A stretch of DNA of 64,000 nucleotides from sequence record LR535910.1, one strand, 5' to 3'. The translations under genes and the position numbers were made by a program. Below are positions 1 to 8,831 of the stretch, in pieces. A model generated the notes under the pieces. That model worked only from the letters and a program-made list of their open reading frames with translations, was not told the DNA's origin and did no database searches. Each line of letters opens with the position of its first letter. Within the stretch, counting starts at the first letter, position 1.

Positions 1-333
1 TTCTGGTACACCGCAGTAGATGACGCTGAGCTATTGTCTGACACTAAGACGTGGAACGGCTTTACGGTCTTTAACGACCAGATCACCGCTGACTGTTATG
101 CTGCCCACACACAGCGTAAGGTTGGCGACCCGCGGACGTATTTCCGCTACACCCTGAAAAAAGACAGCGATTTGATGAATCGGGTGCAGTTTATTCCGCT
201 GCGTTCAGGTTCATTGAACAAAACTTCCCGGTTGGCCAAGATTGCAGATGTGGAACTGAAACAGGGTATCCGTTCTGCACTCCAGGTCGATCCGGTACGT
301 GCAGAGCCACTCGAGGATTTGTATATGAGGTAA
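1..333 (+). CDS. C-terminal part of virion RNA polymerase subunit (phiKZ gp176-like), 5'-truncated
   Basis: Frame is open from base 1 (FWYTAVDD...IPLRSGSLNKTSRLAKIA...GIRSAL...EDLYMR*). It lies directly upstream of the prohead protease, as gp176/gp175 do in phiKZ-like phages (recalled synteny). Confidence 0.55.
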   Translation, partial: FWYTAVDDAELLSDTKTWNGFTVFNDQITADCYAAHTQRKVGDPRTYFRYTLKKDSDLMNRVQFIPLRSGSLNKTSRLAKIADVELKQGIRSALQVDPVRAEPLEDLYMR

Positions 334-395
334 CTGAGGTAGGGTTATTGTACGTCCCCAATAACCCGCTTCGGTAATAACAACTGGGGAAACCA

Positions 396-1199
396 ATGGA
401 AAACTTGTCACTACGTTATAACTGCGTGGCACTCGCTGGGGTCAATAAAGGGGCAACGCTAAAGAAAGATGCGGACGGATATTACTACGTCCTGTTAGGT
501 GCACTGAATATTTTCAACTCTGAGAATATTTACTACGCCTATAACGAGTCAAAACATGTCTTCGAGCGCTCTAACGTTTTCATGCGTAAAGTTTTGGCGG
601 GGAATCTCTTCGGTGAAGAAGACCATCCGCAATACGAACAAGGCATGAGCGAAGCCCAGTGGATCGAACGTAACGAATGGATCGAAACGCGTAACGTGTG
701 TATGCACATTCGCGAAGTAGAAGTGAAGCCGACCGACCAGATGTGTAACGGTCTGCCGGTGATGGAAATCTGGGGTTGGATTAAACCTAACCGTGAACGT
801 GGTCCGCTTCTGGCGGAAGCACTAGAGAACCCACATCAGAACGTGTGTTTCTCACTGCGTGCTATCGTTCGTGAAGGTCGTCTGGGTACGACAATCGTAC
901 GCCGCATCGATAAACTGGTCACCTTTGACTGGGTTATTGAAGATGGCCTGCAAATCTGTAACAAATACTCTGCGATTCAACGCGGTAGTAAAGTGGCACA
1001 GAAATCTACTCGCACTTACGTCGACCGCCCTATCAGTCGTCAAGTGTTGGAAGACATTCTGTACAATCCGACAACGACCAGCGCTGTTGCCACTGAGTCC
1101 CGTCGTGGTGCTCTCCAGCAACTCGCGCAGGAATACCTGCAGCTGGCTCCGAAAGTGTCCAATCTGCGGGTAATGGGCATGGGTGTAAGGAGCTGGTAA
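396..1199 (+). CDS. Prohead (head maturation) serine protease, phiKZ gp175-like
   Basis: GEEDHP (catalytic His), CFSLRA (catalytic Ser) and FDWVIEDG motifs of T4 gp21-type proteases; C-terminal AVATE|S candidate self-cleavage site. Confidence 0.85.
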   Translation: MENLSLRYNCVALAGVNKGATLKKDADGYYYVLLGALNIFNSENIYYAYNESKHVFERSNVFMRKVLAGNLFGEEDHPQYEQGMSEAQWIERNEWIETRNVCMHIREVEVKPTDQMCNGLPVMEIWGWIKPNRERGPLLAEALENPHQNVCFSLRAIVREGRLGTTIVRRIDKLVTFDWVIEDGLQICNKYSAIQRGSKVAQKSTRTYVDRPISRQVLEDILYNPTTTSAVATESRRGALQQLAQEYLQLAPKVSNLRVMGMGVRSW

Positions 1200-1202
1200 A
1201 AA

Positions 1203-1832
1203 ATGGCAGAACATATCGACCCGTCATTAGAGCGGTGGTGTGAACGCCAGATGCCGCACGTCGCCAAAAAGTTGACGTTACGTAAACTGACTGAACAGCC
1301 GCTGCATTTAAGCAAGTGTAAGATACCGACGTTTTCGCCGCGTATCCCACTTTCGTGCGCGCCAGATGAAGACAAGACCGTGCCCAGGATTTGCTGCTCG
1401 GTAGATTTAGAGCGAGCGATTAAGGGTGCACGTCACAACTTCTCTGCAATCGAAATACCCACACGATTATATCTTTACGGTTTTGATGAACGTGATGTAG
1501 CGCAGCCTTCGGTCAACCTGACACAGGAACCGAATCGGGCGGGTGAAGTATGGATTGTACCACACCGCATGTCGAACTGGGATATCAAACCGATTTACCT
1601 GGGCGAGATGCGATTGTCAGAACTTCGCAACGGTGGTCATGTTTTTGTCTATCACTTAAGTTTCGGACAAGATGTGCGCCTGTCTACCAGTCAACTGCTG
1701 AAAGCCGGCGAGTTTTATCGGCTGATTATCAGCGTCAACTGGGAGCGCGGTGAAGTTAAGGTCTCGGAGGCGGTCGCCACTGCGCGTACTGCTTTTGATA
1801 ACGCACTGAACGAATACGTCGTTTCACCGTAG
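1203..1832 (+). CDS. Conserved phage protein, possible ADP-ribosyltransferase-like fold
   Basis: 209-aa ORF with LHLS...FSPRIP...EDKTVPRICCS motif; the fold is inferred. Confidence 0.5.
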   Translation: MAEHIDPSLERWCERQMPHVAKKLTLRKLTEQPLHLSKCKIPTFSPRIPLSCAPDEDKTVPRICCSVDLERAIKGARHNFSAIEIPTRLYLYGFDERDVAQPSVNLTQEPNRAGEVWIVPHRMSNWDIKPIYLGEMRLSELRNGGHVFVYHLSFGQDVRLSTSQLLKAGEFYRLIISVNWERGEVKVSEAVATARTAFDNALNEYVVSP

Positions 1833-1887
1833 TGCCTAGTTCGTGGTCTGCAAATCACAACTAAAAACCACTACAGTAGGGGGACGC

Positions 1888-2187
1888 ATGAAGGTCGTTA
1901 ACATCGCAATACCTCCGACCCTTCGTTGTTTGACGCCGGAAGAACTGAAAGCGTTAGCGATCTACGCCATCCAAGGAAAGGCTGGTAAGGAAGTGCTTGC
2001 CGAAATCTTATCGGAACGTTTTGATACAAAACGCAAGGTTAATAACATTATCTCCGGAATCGCGTCGCTAGATATCATGGCGCTCTATTGCGACATTAAA
2101 GAGGCCGGAGTGACAATCGACTATCGCCGTACTTACTTTCTACTCACTGAGCCGTATCGTTCGAATATGGCAATAAAGCAGATGTAA
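1888..2187 (+). CDS. Hypothetical protein
   Basis: ATG at 1888 after a GGGGG SD-like run; fills the gap between genes. Confidence 0.6.
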   Translation: MKVVNIAIPPTLRCLTPEELKALAIYAIQGKAGKEVLAEILSERFDTKRKVNNIISGIASLDIMALYCDIKEAGVTIDYRRTYFLLTEPYRSNMAIKQM

Positions 2188-2213
2188 TTTTTACATGACG
2201 TTGGTTTCATGTG
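2186..2213 (+). promoter_or_regulatory. Putative middle promoter
   Basis: AATTTTTAC-N11-TTCATGTG upstream of the 2240 gene; resembles the phiKZ middle motif AAanntTAC. Confidence 0.4.
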
Positions 2214-2239
2214 TTGGGGAACAAAATAAGGACAAGAAA

Positions 2240-2788
2240 ATGTTTTATCTGGATAGCGATGGCGTTTTTGCACGCTGGCGTAAATACGTTTTATCCACAC
2301 ATTTTCCCGGAATGACGATTAAAGAGTTTAACGCATTACCTGAACTCCGTCGTCGTAGTTTGGTTCGTTCGATGTATCAGAACGATCCTGACTTGTTTTA
2401 CAAACTCGAACCAATTGAGGGTGTAGAGCGAATCCTGGAAACGGTAGATAGACTTTGCGACAGTTGGGCAATACTCACCTCTGGGTCAGAAGATCACTAC
2501 GACCACCAATTGGTTGTGGATTCAAAACAACGGTGGTTCATGAAGCACTTTGGGGTACCAGCTGACAAAGTCATCGTCACCGAAAGTTCAGGGCAGAAGA
2601 AAGCTTACGCCTCGCGAGGTAATTTGCTTGTCGACGATTATGGTCGTAACTGTCGAGAATGGATTTTGCAAGGTGGTGCGGCGATATGGTCGCGAACTGA
2701 AGAACCGAACATTGATGGTATTTGCCTCCAGTGTGAAGCATTCTACAATGACCCGATTACTTACTCGGGGACACTACTGCAAGTCTAA
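2240..2788 (+). CDS. HAD-superfamily 5'(3')-deoxyribonucleotidase (NT5C-like)
   Basis: YLDSDGV (DxD motif I), ILTS (motif II), K and LLVDD (motif IV); AAGGA SD before ATG 2240. Confidence 0.8.
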   Translation: MFYLDSDGVFARWRKYVLSTHFPGMTIKEFNALPELRRRSLVRSMYQNDPDLFYKLEPIEGVERILETVDRLCDSWAILTSGSEDHYDHQLVVDSKQRWFMKHFGVPADKVIVTESSGQKKAYASRGNLLVDDYGRNCREWILQGGAAIWSRTEEPNIDGICLQCEAFYNDPITYSGTLLQV

Positions 2789-2796
2789 GCTCCACT

Positions 2797-2840
2797 AGGC
2801 TCATCCTATCTTCGGATACGGGTGAGCCTTTTTATTTTAT
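2797..2840 (+). terminator. Intrinsic terminator
   Basis: AGGCTCATCC-TATC-TTCG-GATA-CGGGTGAGCCT followed by a T-tract. Confidence 0.8.
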
Positions 2841-2862
2841 TAATTGCATTCAAAAAGAACTG

Positions 2863-2882
2863 AGATATATATTACTTAGGTG
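2863..2882 (+). promoter_or_regulatory. Putative early (vRNAP) promoter
   Basis: AGATATATATTACTTAGGTG contains TATATTAC (phiKZ early consensus) and sits after a terminator. Confidence 0.7.
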
Positions 2883-2934
2883 AGCGTTACACGTTAACGC
2901 TTTAATCGACTATTACCCAGAAGGAGTATTTACA

Positions 2935-3333
2935 ATGACTAACCAACTACACCAAGACCCGTTTGTTGCCATGATGGTTTGTGCTAAAGCCGAGAGCAAC
3001 GAAGCCGATTTAATTCGTCTGTTGACTGATGACGAATACCTTATCTCCGAGCGCGATAAACGTTTAAAAGAACTCTACAAGCCAGAAACCGGTGAATCGC
3101 TCGGCAATCAAGACGCCTGGAAGTTTCTTATTCTTGTTGCTGATGAAACGTGGCGAGCAAAAAATCCCATCGTCTGTGATATTACAGACCTACCGTACAA
3201 ATACGGCGGACTCATCACTAGCGACCTGTATCTTAAACCGTTCTTTGTTGGTGAAGCAATGCAAGAACTGCAAGATGTTCTTGTTACAGCAACGAACACT
3301 TTGAGACGTTTGCGCGCTGAGCAGCTAATCTGA
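2935..3333 (+). CDS. Hypothetical early protein
   Basis: 132 aa; AAGGAG SD. Confidence 0.75.
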   Translation: MTNQLHQDPFVAMMVCAKAESNEADLIRLLTDDEYLISERDKRLKELYKPETGESLGNQDAWKFLILVADETWRAKNPIVCDITDLPYKYGGLITSDLYLKPFFVGEAMQELQDVLVTATNTLRRLRAEQLI

Positions 3334-3339
3334 TCTCTC

Positions 3340-3364
3340 AAAAATCACGAATCGTACAAATCCT
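3340..3364 (+). promoter_or_regulatory. Putative middle promoter
   Basis: AAAAATCAC-N11-ATCCT. Confidence 0.35.
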
Positions 3365-3387
3365 TTGACTGTGTAGGAAGGAATAAA

Positions 3388-3777
3388 ATGAAAATCGCAG
3401 AGGGGTTAGTAGATGCGTGCAGAGACCCATTCACGCTATGGGTTCTTTGTGGCTTGCGCCGAGACGATCGTTTCGGTGAGTTTGTTCGAAATCCAGATGC
3501 TTTACTAAGCTTCGTAGAAAGCGAGGAGAAGCGTTTAGAGGAGATTAAAGAGGAAAGTAGTACCCTTACACCAGATATGGTGGTTTATAGCCGTATGACG
3601 TCACACAGGTGGCGTACGACCCATCGGCTGAAGGGAACCACAATGAAGGAATTGATTGAAGGGTTATCAAAGGCGCTTTCGTCTGATAACATTATCTGGC
3701 CGGTGGTGTATACCAACGAAGACCATTCTGATAACGTGAAGGTTACACTGACACGTTGTTATCACACATTCTCGTAG
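3388..3777 (+). CDS. Hypothetical protein
   Basis: 129 aa; AAGGA SD. Confidence 0.7.
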   Translation: MKIAEGLVDACRDPFTLWVLCGLRRDDRFGEFVRNPDALLSFVESEEKRLEEIKEESSTLTPDMVVYSRMTSHRWRTTHRLKGTTMKELIEGLSKALSSDNIIWPVVYTNEDHSDNVKVTLTRCYHTFS

Positions 3778-3811
3778 TAGTTAATCGACCATTATCGTAA
3801 GGAATATTTAC

Positions 3812-4483
3812 ATGCAGGGCACTGAACTCAACAAACTTTGGGAAAAACTGGTTCGTCAATTCCGCGACTTCTATCGTTATACCGATAGTGCGCATCGCAT
3901 GGATCACATCAACTCAGTTAAATCAAATGCGATTCGTATCGCGTATATGCTTGGGCAAACCGAACACCTGAAGCTGGTACTGATTGCGGTGGCAGCTCAC
4001 GATATCTTCTCTACCAAAGAAGACCGTGCGTCGCACCACATCAAAGGGTATAGCTGGATACTGGATAACAAGCCAGTGCTCAAACGTAAGTATAAACTTA
4101 CCGATGATGAATGTTTGACGATTGCCCATGCAGTCTTAGAACACCGCAGTTCTCACAAAGGGAACTACAACGGGATTGTCTCTGAGATAGTTGCCGCAGC
4201 TGACCGTGGTATACCGTCTGTAGATGACGTGAGCAATTACATGCACCGTTCTTATCTGTTTGCCCGTGAACAGGGTAAAAGTAAAGGCGATGCAAAATTC
4301 CATGCCGTTGGTCACGTCCAACAGAAGTTCGGACGCAACGGTATTAGTAATGTCCCTAGTTGGTACGGTACGCTCTTCGCAGAGCGCATTCTGGAACGCA
4401 GGGATTTCGTGGAGCAGCTAGATATTAGCTATTTCACAGATACCATTATCGACGACCTCGAAGCTCGTCTTTCACACGATTAA
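3812..4483 (+). CDS. HD-domain phosphohydrolase
   Basis: H..HI (AHRMDH), AAHDIF, LEHRSS and AADRG: the HD-superfamily H...HD...H...D pattern. Confidence 0.8.
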   Translation: MQGTELNKLWEKLVRQFRDFYRYTDSAHRMDHINSVKSNAIRIAYMLGQTEHLKLVLIAVAAHDIFSTKEDRASHHIKGYSWILDNKPVLKRKYKLTDDECLTIAHAVLEHRSSHKGNYNGIVSEIVAAADRGIPSVDDVSNYMHRSYLFAREQGKSKGDAKFHAVGHVQQKFGRNGISNVPSWYGTLFAERILERRDFVEQLDISYFTDTIIDDLEARLSHD

Positions 4484-4509
4484 TCACACTGACCTTAAGG
4501 AATATTAAG

Positions 4510-4998
4510 ATGGCTGAAGTAACTTCAATGAAAGCACTGCACAAACTGATCGCTGAACTGGACACGCCGGCAGCAACCCTGTCCGAAGACCTGGCGCTGA
4601 ACGCCGACCCGCTGGTTAAGATTTACGAAGACACATTGCCCGTAACGAAAGTTGGGGATGTGGACTATCGCTTCACACTGGAAGACGCGGACGCTCTGCG
4701 ACAGCACGACGCAAACTTCACTGAACTGTTCGGTGGCGTTGCCGGTGGTCTGATTGCTGACCGTGCGAAAGCGGATAGCGATATCGGTGCACTGGACTTA
4801 ACGCTGGATATCGGTAACGCAGCATTCTCTACCGTGTTCTCTCGCCCGGTTACTGAAAACCCAACTCAGAAAGAATGGGCAGCATCCATCTCTTACGGTT
4901 TCGGTTCTCCGAAGTCTAAAGCGTTGGAAGGCAAGCTGCGTAAAGAGTTTGCCAAGTCCATGATGGCAACTGATGAAGAAGACGAAGACGACGAATAA
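4510..4998 (+). CDS. Acidic hypothetical protein with high-expression codon usage
   Basis: 162 aa; AAGGA SD; ends ATDEEDEDDE. Confidence 0.8.
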   Translation: MAEVTSMKALHKLIAELDTPAATLSEDLALNADPLVKIYEDTLPVTKVGDVDYRFTLEDADALRQHDANFTELFGGVAGGLIADRAKADSDIGALDLTLDIGNAAFSTVFSRPVTENPTQKEWAASISYGFGSPKSKALEGKLRKEFAKSMMATDEEDEDDE

Positions 4999-5201
4999 TG
5001 ATTCCGTCCAGCCCAAAGGAACTCGCTGAGCTACTCGGGGCTAAAGTGGAATGCCATCCTAATGTGAATCCTGCTACTGGGTTACGTTGGGATGGCACCA
5101 TTGCGTCACACGAGGAAATCGGTCTCACCGTCACCTTCCCTAAACCCATGCCGAAGCCGCTGCAGTTAGAAGGGCTTGCTTCGCTATACGGTCGGAAGTA
5201 G
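4998..5201 (+). CDS. Small hypothetical protein
   Basis: 67 aa; TAATG stop/start overlap with the upstream gene; followed by a terminator. Confidence 0.6.
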   Translation: MIPSSPKELAELLGAKVECHPNVNPATGLRWDGTIASHEEIGLTVTFPKPMPKPLQLEGLASLYGRK

Positions 5202-5209
5202 TAAACAAT

Positions 5210-5242
5210 GGGGTGGTCTTATGACTGCCCTATTTTTTTTTG
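5210..5242 (+). terminator. Intrinsic terminator
   Basis: GGGGTGGTC-TTAT-GACTGCCCT followed by a T-tract. Confidence 0.65.
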
Positions 5243-5256
5243 ATTTTGGAGCTACA

Positions 5257-5799
5257 ATGAAGCAACTTAATACTCTCGGTCAGGATGATATCAAACCGAT
5301 TCCATCTGATATGAAACGTGAAGACATTATTCGCCACATCAATCAGATCGGTGACGTGTTTACGTTGTCCATGAAAGCTATACTGGAAGATGCTTTCGAA
5401 ACCATTGCCGAATATCCGGTTGAGATTATTCCGCACACCATCAACGGCTACCAGCGTTTTCTCGACACGATCACCAAAGGTAGTAGCGGTCGTATTATCG
5501 CGGGCTTTATCATCCGCTTTAAGTGCCTGTTGCAAGTAGAGCTGGGTGACGATGTACTCCGTCGGCTGGAACACGAACTCATTAGCATGTCCGCCAACGA
5601 CATTCTCGCGGCAGAATCAGGACAAGGTTATAAAGACGGGATGTCTCTCTGGAAGATTGCCCACCCTGACTTGGGCGATGTTCAACCGCCGTCTGAATTC
5701 GATGTGCTTGTAACTTATCTGTTATTGCTGCAAATCAAGAACTTGTTGATTCGTGCCAATGCGCAGCGTGAAATCGATGCTGGTCAACCGAAAAAATAA
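5257..5799 (+). CDS. Hypothetical protein (180 aa)
   Basis: GGAG SD before ATG 5257; the upstream extension in the ORF track runs through a terminator. Confidence 0.7.
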   Translation: MKQLNTLGQDDIKPIPSDMKREDIIRHINQIGDVFTLSMKAILEDAFETIAEYPVEIIPHTINGYQRFLDTITKGSSGRIIAGFIIRFKCLLQVELGDDVLRRLEHELISMSANDILAAESGQGYKDGMSLWKIAHPDLGDVQPPSEFDVLVTYLLLLQIKNLLIRANAQREIDAGQPKK

Positions 5800-5848
5800 A
5801 ACGTACCTCTCTCCAGACGGAGAGAGGTAACGCTTGTTTTTTTTTTGT
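5792..5848. terminator. Bidirectional terminator between convergent genes
   Basis: A-tract, TACCTCTCTCC-AGAC-GGAGAGAGGTA, T-tract. Confidence 0.8.
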
Positions 5849-5849
5849 C

Positions 5850-6725
5850 TTAGCGCATCTGGTTGGCCATCTGCTCGTCGGAGACAGAGTTGTAGCCACC
5901 TGGGGTTGCGTTGACGTCCGGGTTGATACCATCGGTCTGCTGAGACGGAGTAAGCCATAGTTTGCGTTCGTAAGGACGCAGACCGTACAGCTTCATACGA
6001 TCCAGCTCTTTCGCAGCGGCCTGCATCGGACCCCAACCTGTCCATTGCTGGGAGGTAAAGGCGATTGACAGTTCGTTAATCTGCGGACCGGTGTTGGTTT
6101 CACGCTCACCGATATCCTGGCCAGCGGTTTCCGGAATCATGTTCGTTAACCACCACGCGTTCTGCGGTTTACGCTGATACGCATCTGGCTCGATGAACAG
6201 CACGGTCATGCTGTACATATCCGGCAGGTGGTCAGGAACGTTCGGGTTGATTGCGGCCAGGCCTGGATGACCAGTCTGGGGATCACAAACACCGTAAACC
6301 AGCCACGCCCACAGCATGTTTTGGTACACCTTCCCGAGTTTATCCGGGGTGGTGAAGGTAACAGAGGACAGTGCTTCCGTTACCAGACCAGCTTCATACT
6401 GGGTACGGTTGTTACGGCCCTGCTGAGTTTCAACAGCCGCATGGCTCAGGGTTTTATCCAGGCCAGTAATCTCGGAGTGAACCTCGATAAAGGACTTGAT
6501 AGCCTGACGCCACATCTGCGGGTTCGGCATGTAATCCACCCAACGAGGGAATTCCATGACGCGCGCAATGACGTTACGACGCAGACGAGAGGCGTTAGTA
6601 ACGAACTTGCCAACCTGTCCAACCGGGCCGTTTTGGCCCGAGGAGAACGCGTTGACCATATCGTACTGGCCGCCGTCGACGTGCAGACCCTGATCAGGCA
6701 AAATGAGACGATCTTTGATTGCCAT
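5850..6725 (-). CDS. Tail tube protein (phiKZ gp30-like)
   Basis: 291 aa directly downstream of the sheath; size and position match the phiKZ-like tube; high-expression codon bias. Confidence 0.75.
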   Translation of the reverse strand: MAIKDRLILPDQGLHVDGGQYDMVNAFSSGQNGPVGQVGKFVTNASRLRRNVIARVMEFPRWVDYMPNPQMWRQAIKSFIEVHSEITGLDKTLSHAAVETQQGRNNRTQYEAGLVTEALSSVTFTTPDKLGKVYQNMLWAWLVYGVCDPQTGHPGLAAINPNVPDHLPDMYSMTVLFIEPDAYQRKPQNAWWLTNMIPETAGQDIGERETNTGPQINELSIAFTSQQWTGWGPMQAAAKELDRMKLYGLRPYERKLWLTPSQQTDGINPDVNATPGGYNSVSDEQMANQMR

Positions 6726-6728
6726 CTA

Positions 6729-8774
6729 TTAGCTCTCCCGACGGTAAACTTTGATAGTGGTGTTGAACTGGGTGAGCAGCACACCGCCTTCAGCGATCAG
6801 GTCCAGCGTCACAGAGTAACCATTGGATTTATCGTCTGCAGTGAAGTACGCCTTCGGAGTGACGACAGCAACGTTATCGAGACGGCCTTCCAGACGTTCG
6901 ATAATTTTGTTCTCAATCATCTTCGCACGTTCATCATCCGTCATGGCCGCTTCGCCAGACATGTCCGCCCATACACGGTCGGAAACACGATAGACGTAGG
7001 TCATCATGAAGTTGAACAGGGCGTTGTTCAGTACAGAACGATCTTCGCTGTAGATTGACTGAATCGCCGGAATGAACAAGCGATAGTAGTCGTAGGAACG
7101 GGCAGTGATCAGCGACACATCCCAGTCAGACGCATACACTTCGTTGCCTTTCCACGGCATACTCAGGTCAGTCAGATCTTCGATAATCGTCAGTTCGCCA
7201 CGGCTGAAACGATAAGCCGGTTTTGCACGACCGTCGCCTGCACCCAGGTACTTCGAGAAGAAGTTCGCCAGGGAGTAGTTCATCGGAACAGGCTTCTTGT
7301 AGGAAGAGTTCTTGATGAACGCCGATTGGCCGGTGACCATACCACGTGCAGCCGGAGTGCCGTAATAGGCAGATTCCGGTACCGCTGTGATCAATTCGAT
7401 CAGGGCGATTTTTGCACTTTCTTCTGTCTGCTCATCGTTACGGCCTTGGCTGTAAACGTGAGTCGCCAGCGTCAAGAAGGTGTTACGTGAACGACCGATG
7501 AAGTTCACGAGCGCAGCTTTAGTATCGAAGCTAAAGCCAGAGTCCCAGAAACAACCCAGCGAGTATTTCAGCTCATTGTCGTAACGGACTTTACCGCCAT
7601 CCGGGAACAGCAGCATTTCACGGCGAACGAGTTCGTCGTAAACGTCGTTGTTCATGGTACCATCGCTACCACCTTGCAGGTAGTGGATGTTGGATGCGGA
7701 GAACACAACTTTACCGGTTTCAGTAGCCGGGTTTACCTGAAGACCATCGTAAGGCTGGCCCAGTAAATCATAGCCGCCAAAGATGTCAACCATATACGGG
7801 TCAGCAGGCGCATCAGTTGTGATAGCGGCCTGAGCCAAGCCCAGTACAGTTTCCAGGTTCTCGCGATACAGATAGAACTGCTCGAAAGGACCATAATCTG
7901 GCAGCTCGCCAATGTCAGGCATCGTCTGACGATATGCATCCGCAACAACAACTTCGAAGTCGAGTTGCGTTCTCATCGGCTGATAGTATGCATCGGGCTT
8001 AAAGCTAAAATTGATGCTACTCATGCCAGTGAGAGTTTTCCACACTACCGGAGAAGTCACGCCTGCCAGGGTTTCGAACCATTGCAGGGTGTAAACACGA
8101 CCACCGACTTCATTTTGATAGGAGGAGGTCAGAGCCGGGCTGGATTTCTCGCTGAGTGGGATCAGTTTGAAACCGAAACCGTTGACGTCAGCACCCGCAT
8201 ACGGGCCTGCGATATCGAACAACGGATACAGCTTCGATTTCGTGCCGCCTTCGCCAGTCATCGTCCCTTCGATAACCACACCTGCGCCGATGGCCGGGGT
8301 AGTTTCGTCGATTACGACAGAACGGAAGACGATTACCAAACCGTCAACTTGTTCTTTGATCTTGGGCTTGCCCGAGTTGTCGTACTGAACGATCCCGTTG
8401 CTGTCGCGTTCGTAGGACGGAACTTTCGTTTCGAGTACGTCGGCGAATACGCGAACACTTGCGGTTTTCGCATCTTCAGGGATCAAGCGCTGATACATAC
8501 ACTCGTTTGCGTTAGCGTTGAACATCGCCTGATAGGGCGTGTTGAACGTCGCGTAGGGGCCTCGCAAGTCAAAGACATTGCGACCAAGCAGAGACAGTGC
8601 ATTATCCCCGGTTAACGGGAACGCCTCGTTGTCTACCCCGCGCGCGGCAAAGGTGAAGATCAGCGGCTTATGAATTGCGTCACCCGTAGGGGTACGCACA
8701 AGCTCGGGGACAGAGTTATCCTGCCAACCTTGCTTGTTATTCAACGGCGCGCCGTTTCGTGGAATAAAAGTCAT
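6729..8774 (-). CDS. Contractile tail sheath protein (phiKZ gp29-like)
   Basis: 681 aa; GGSDG and FWDSGFSFDTK motifs; C-terminal sheath-like domain; sheath-tube order. Confidence 0.85.
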   Translation of the reverse strand: MTFIPRNGAPLNNKQGWQDNSVPELVRTPTGDAIHKPLIFTFAARGVDNEAFPLTGDNALSLLGRNVFDLRGPYATFNTPYQAMFNANANECMYQRLIPEDAKTASVRVFADVLETKVPSYERDSNGIVQYDNSGKPKIKEQVDGLVIVFRSVVIDETTPAIGAGVVIEGTMTGEGGTKSKLYPLFDIAGPYAGADVNGFGFKLIPLSEKSSPALTSSYQNEVGGRVYTLQWFETLAGVTSPVVWKTLTGMSSINFSFKPDAYYQPMRTQLDFEVVVADAYRQTMPDIGELPDYGPFEQFYLYRENLETVLGLAQAAITTDAPADPYMVDIFGGYDLLGQPYDGLQVNPATETGKVVFSASNIHYLQGGSDGTMNNDVYDELVRREMLLFPDGGKVRYDNELKYSLGCFWDSGFSFDTKAALVNFIGRSRNTFLTLATHVYSQGRNDEQTEESAKIALIELITAVPESAYYGTPAARGMVTGQSAFIKNSSYKKPVPMNYSLANFFSKYLGAGDGRAKPAYRFSRGELTIIEDLTDLSMPWKGNEVYASDWDVSLITARSYDYYRLFIPAIQSIYSEDRSVLNNALFNFMMTYVYRVSDRVWADMSGEAAMTDDERAKMIENKIIERLEGRLDNVAVVTPKAYFTADDKSNGYSVTLDLIAEGGVLLTQFNTTIKVYRRES

Positions 8775-8812
8775 GGAACGTCTCCATATATTCGTCTTAA
8801 AGACCTGATGGT

Positions 8813-8817
8813 CATAC
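8813..8817 (-). promoter_or_regulatory. Putative late promoter (GTATG) for the sheath/tube operon
   Basis: CATAC on the + strand 39 nt upstream of the sheath ATG. The phiKZ late consensus is TATG; a motif this short is weak evidence alone. Confidence 0.4.
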
Positions 8818-8831
8818 TAAGGATCATACTC

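Noticed and set aside
6228-8615. Long + strand ORFs (6228-7058, 7965-8615) opposite the tube and sheath
   Set aside because: Antisense shadows of highly expressed structural genes.
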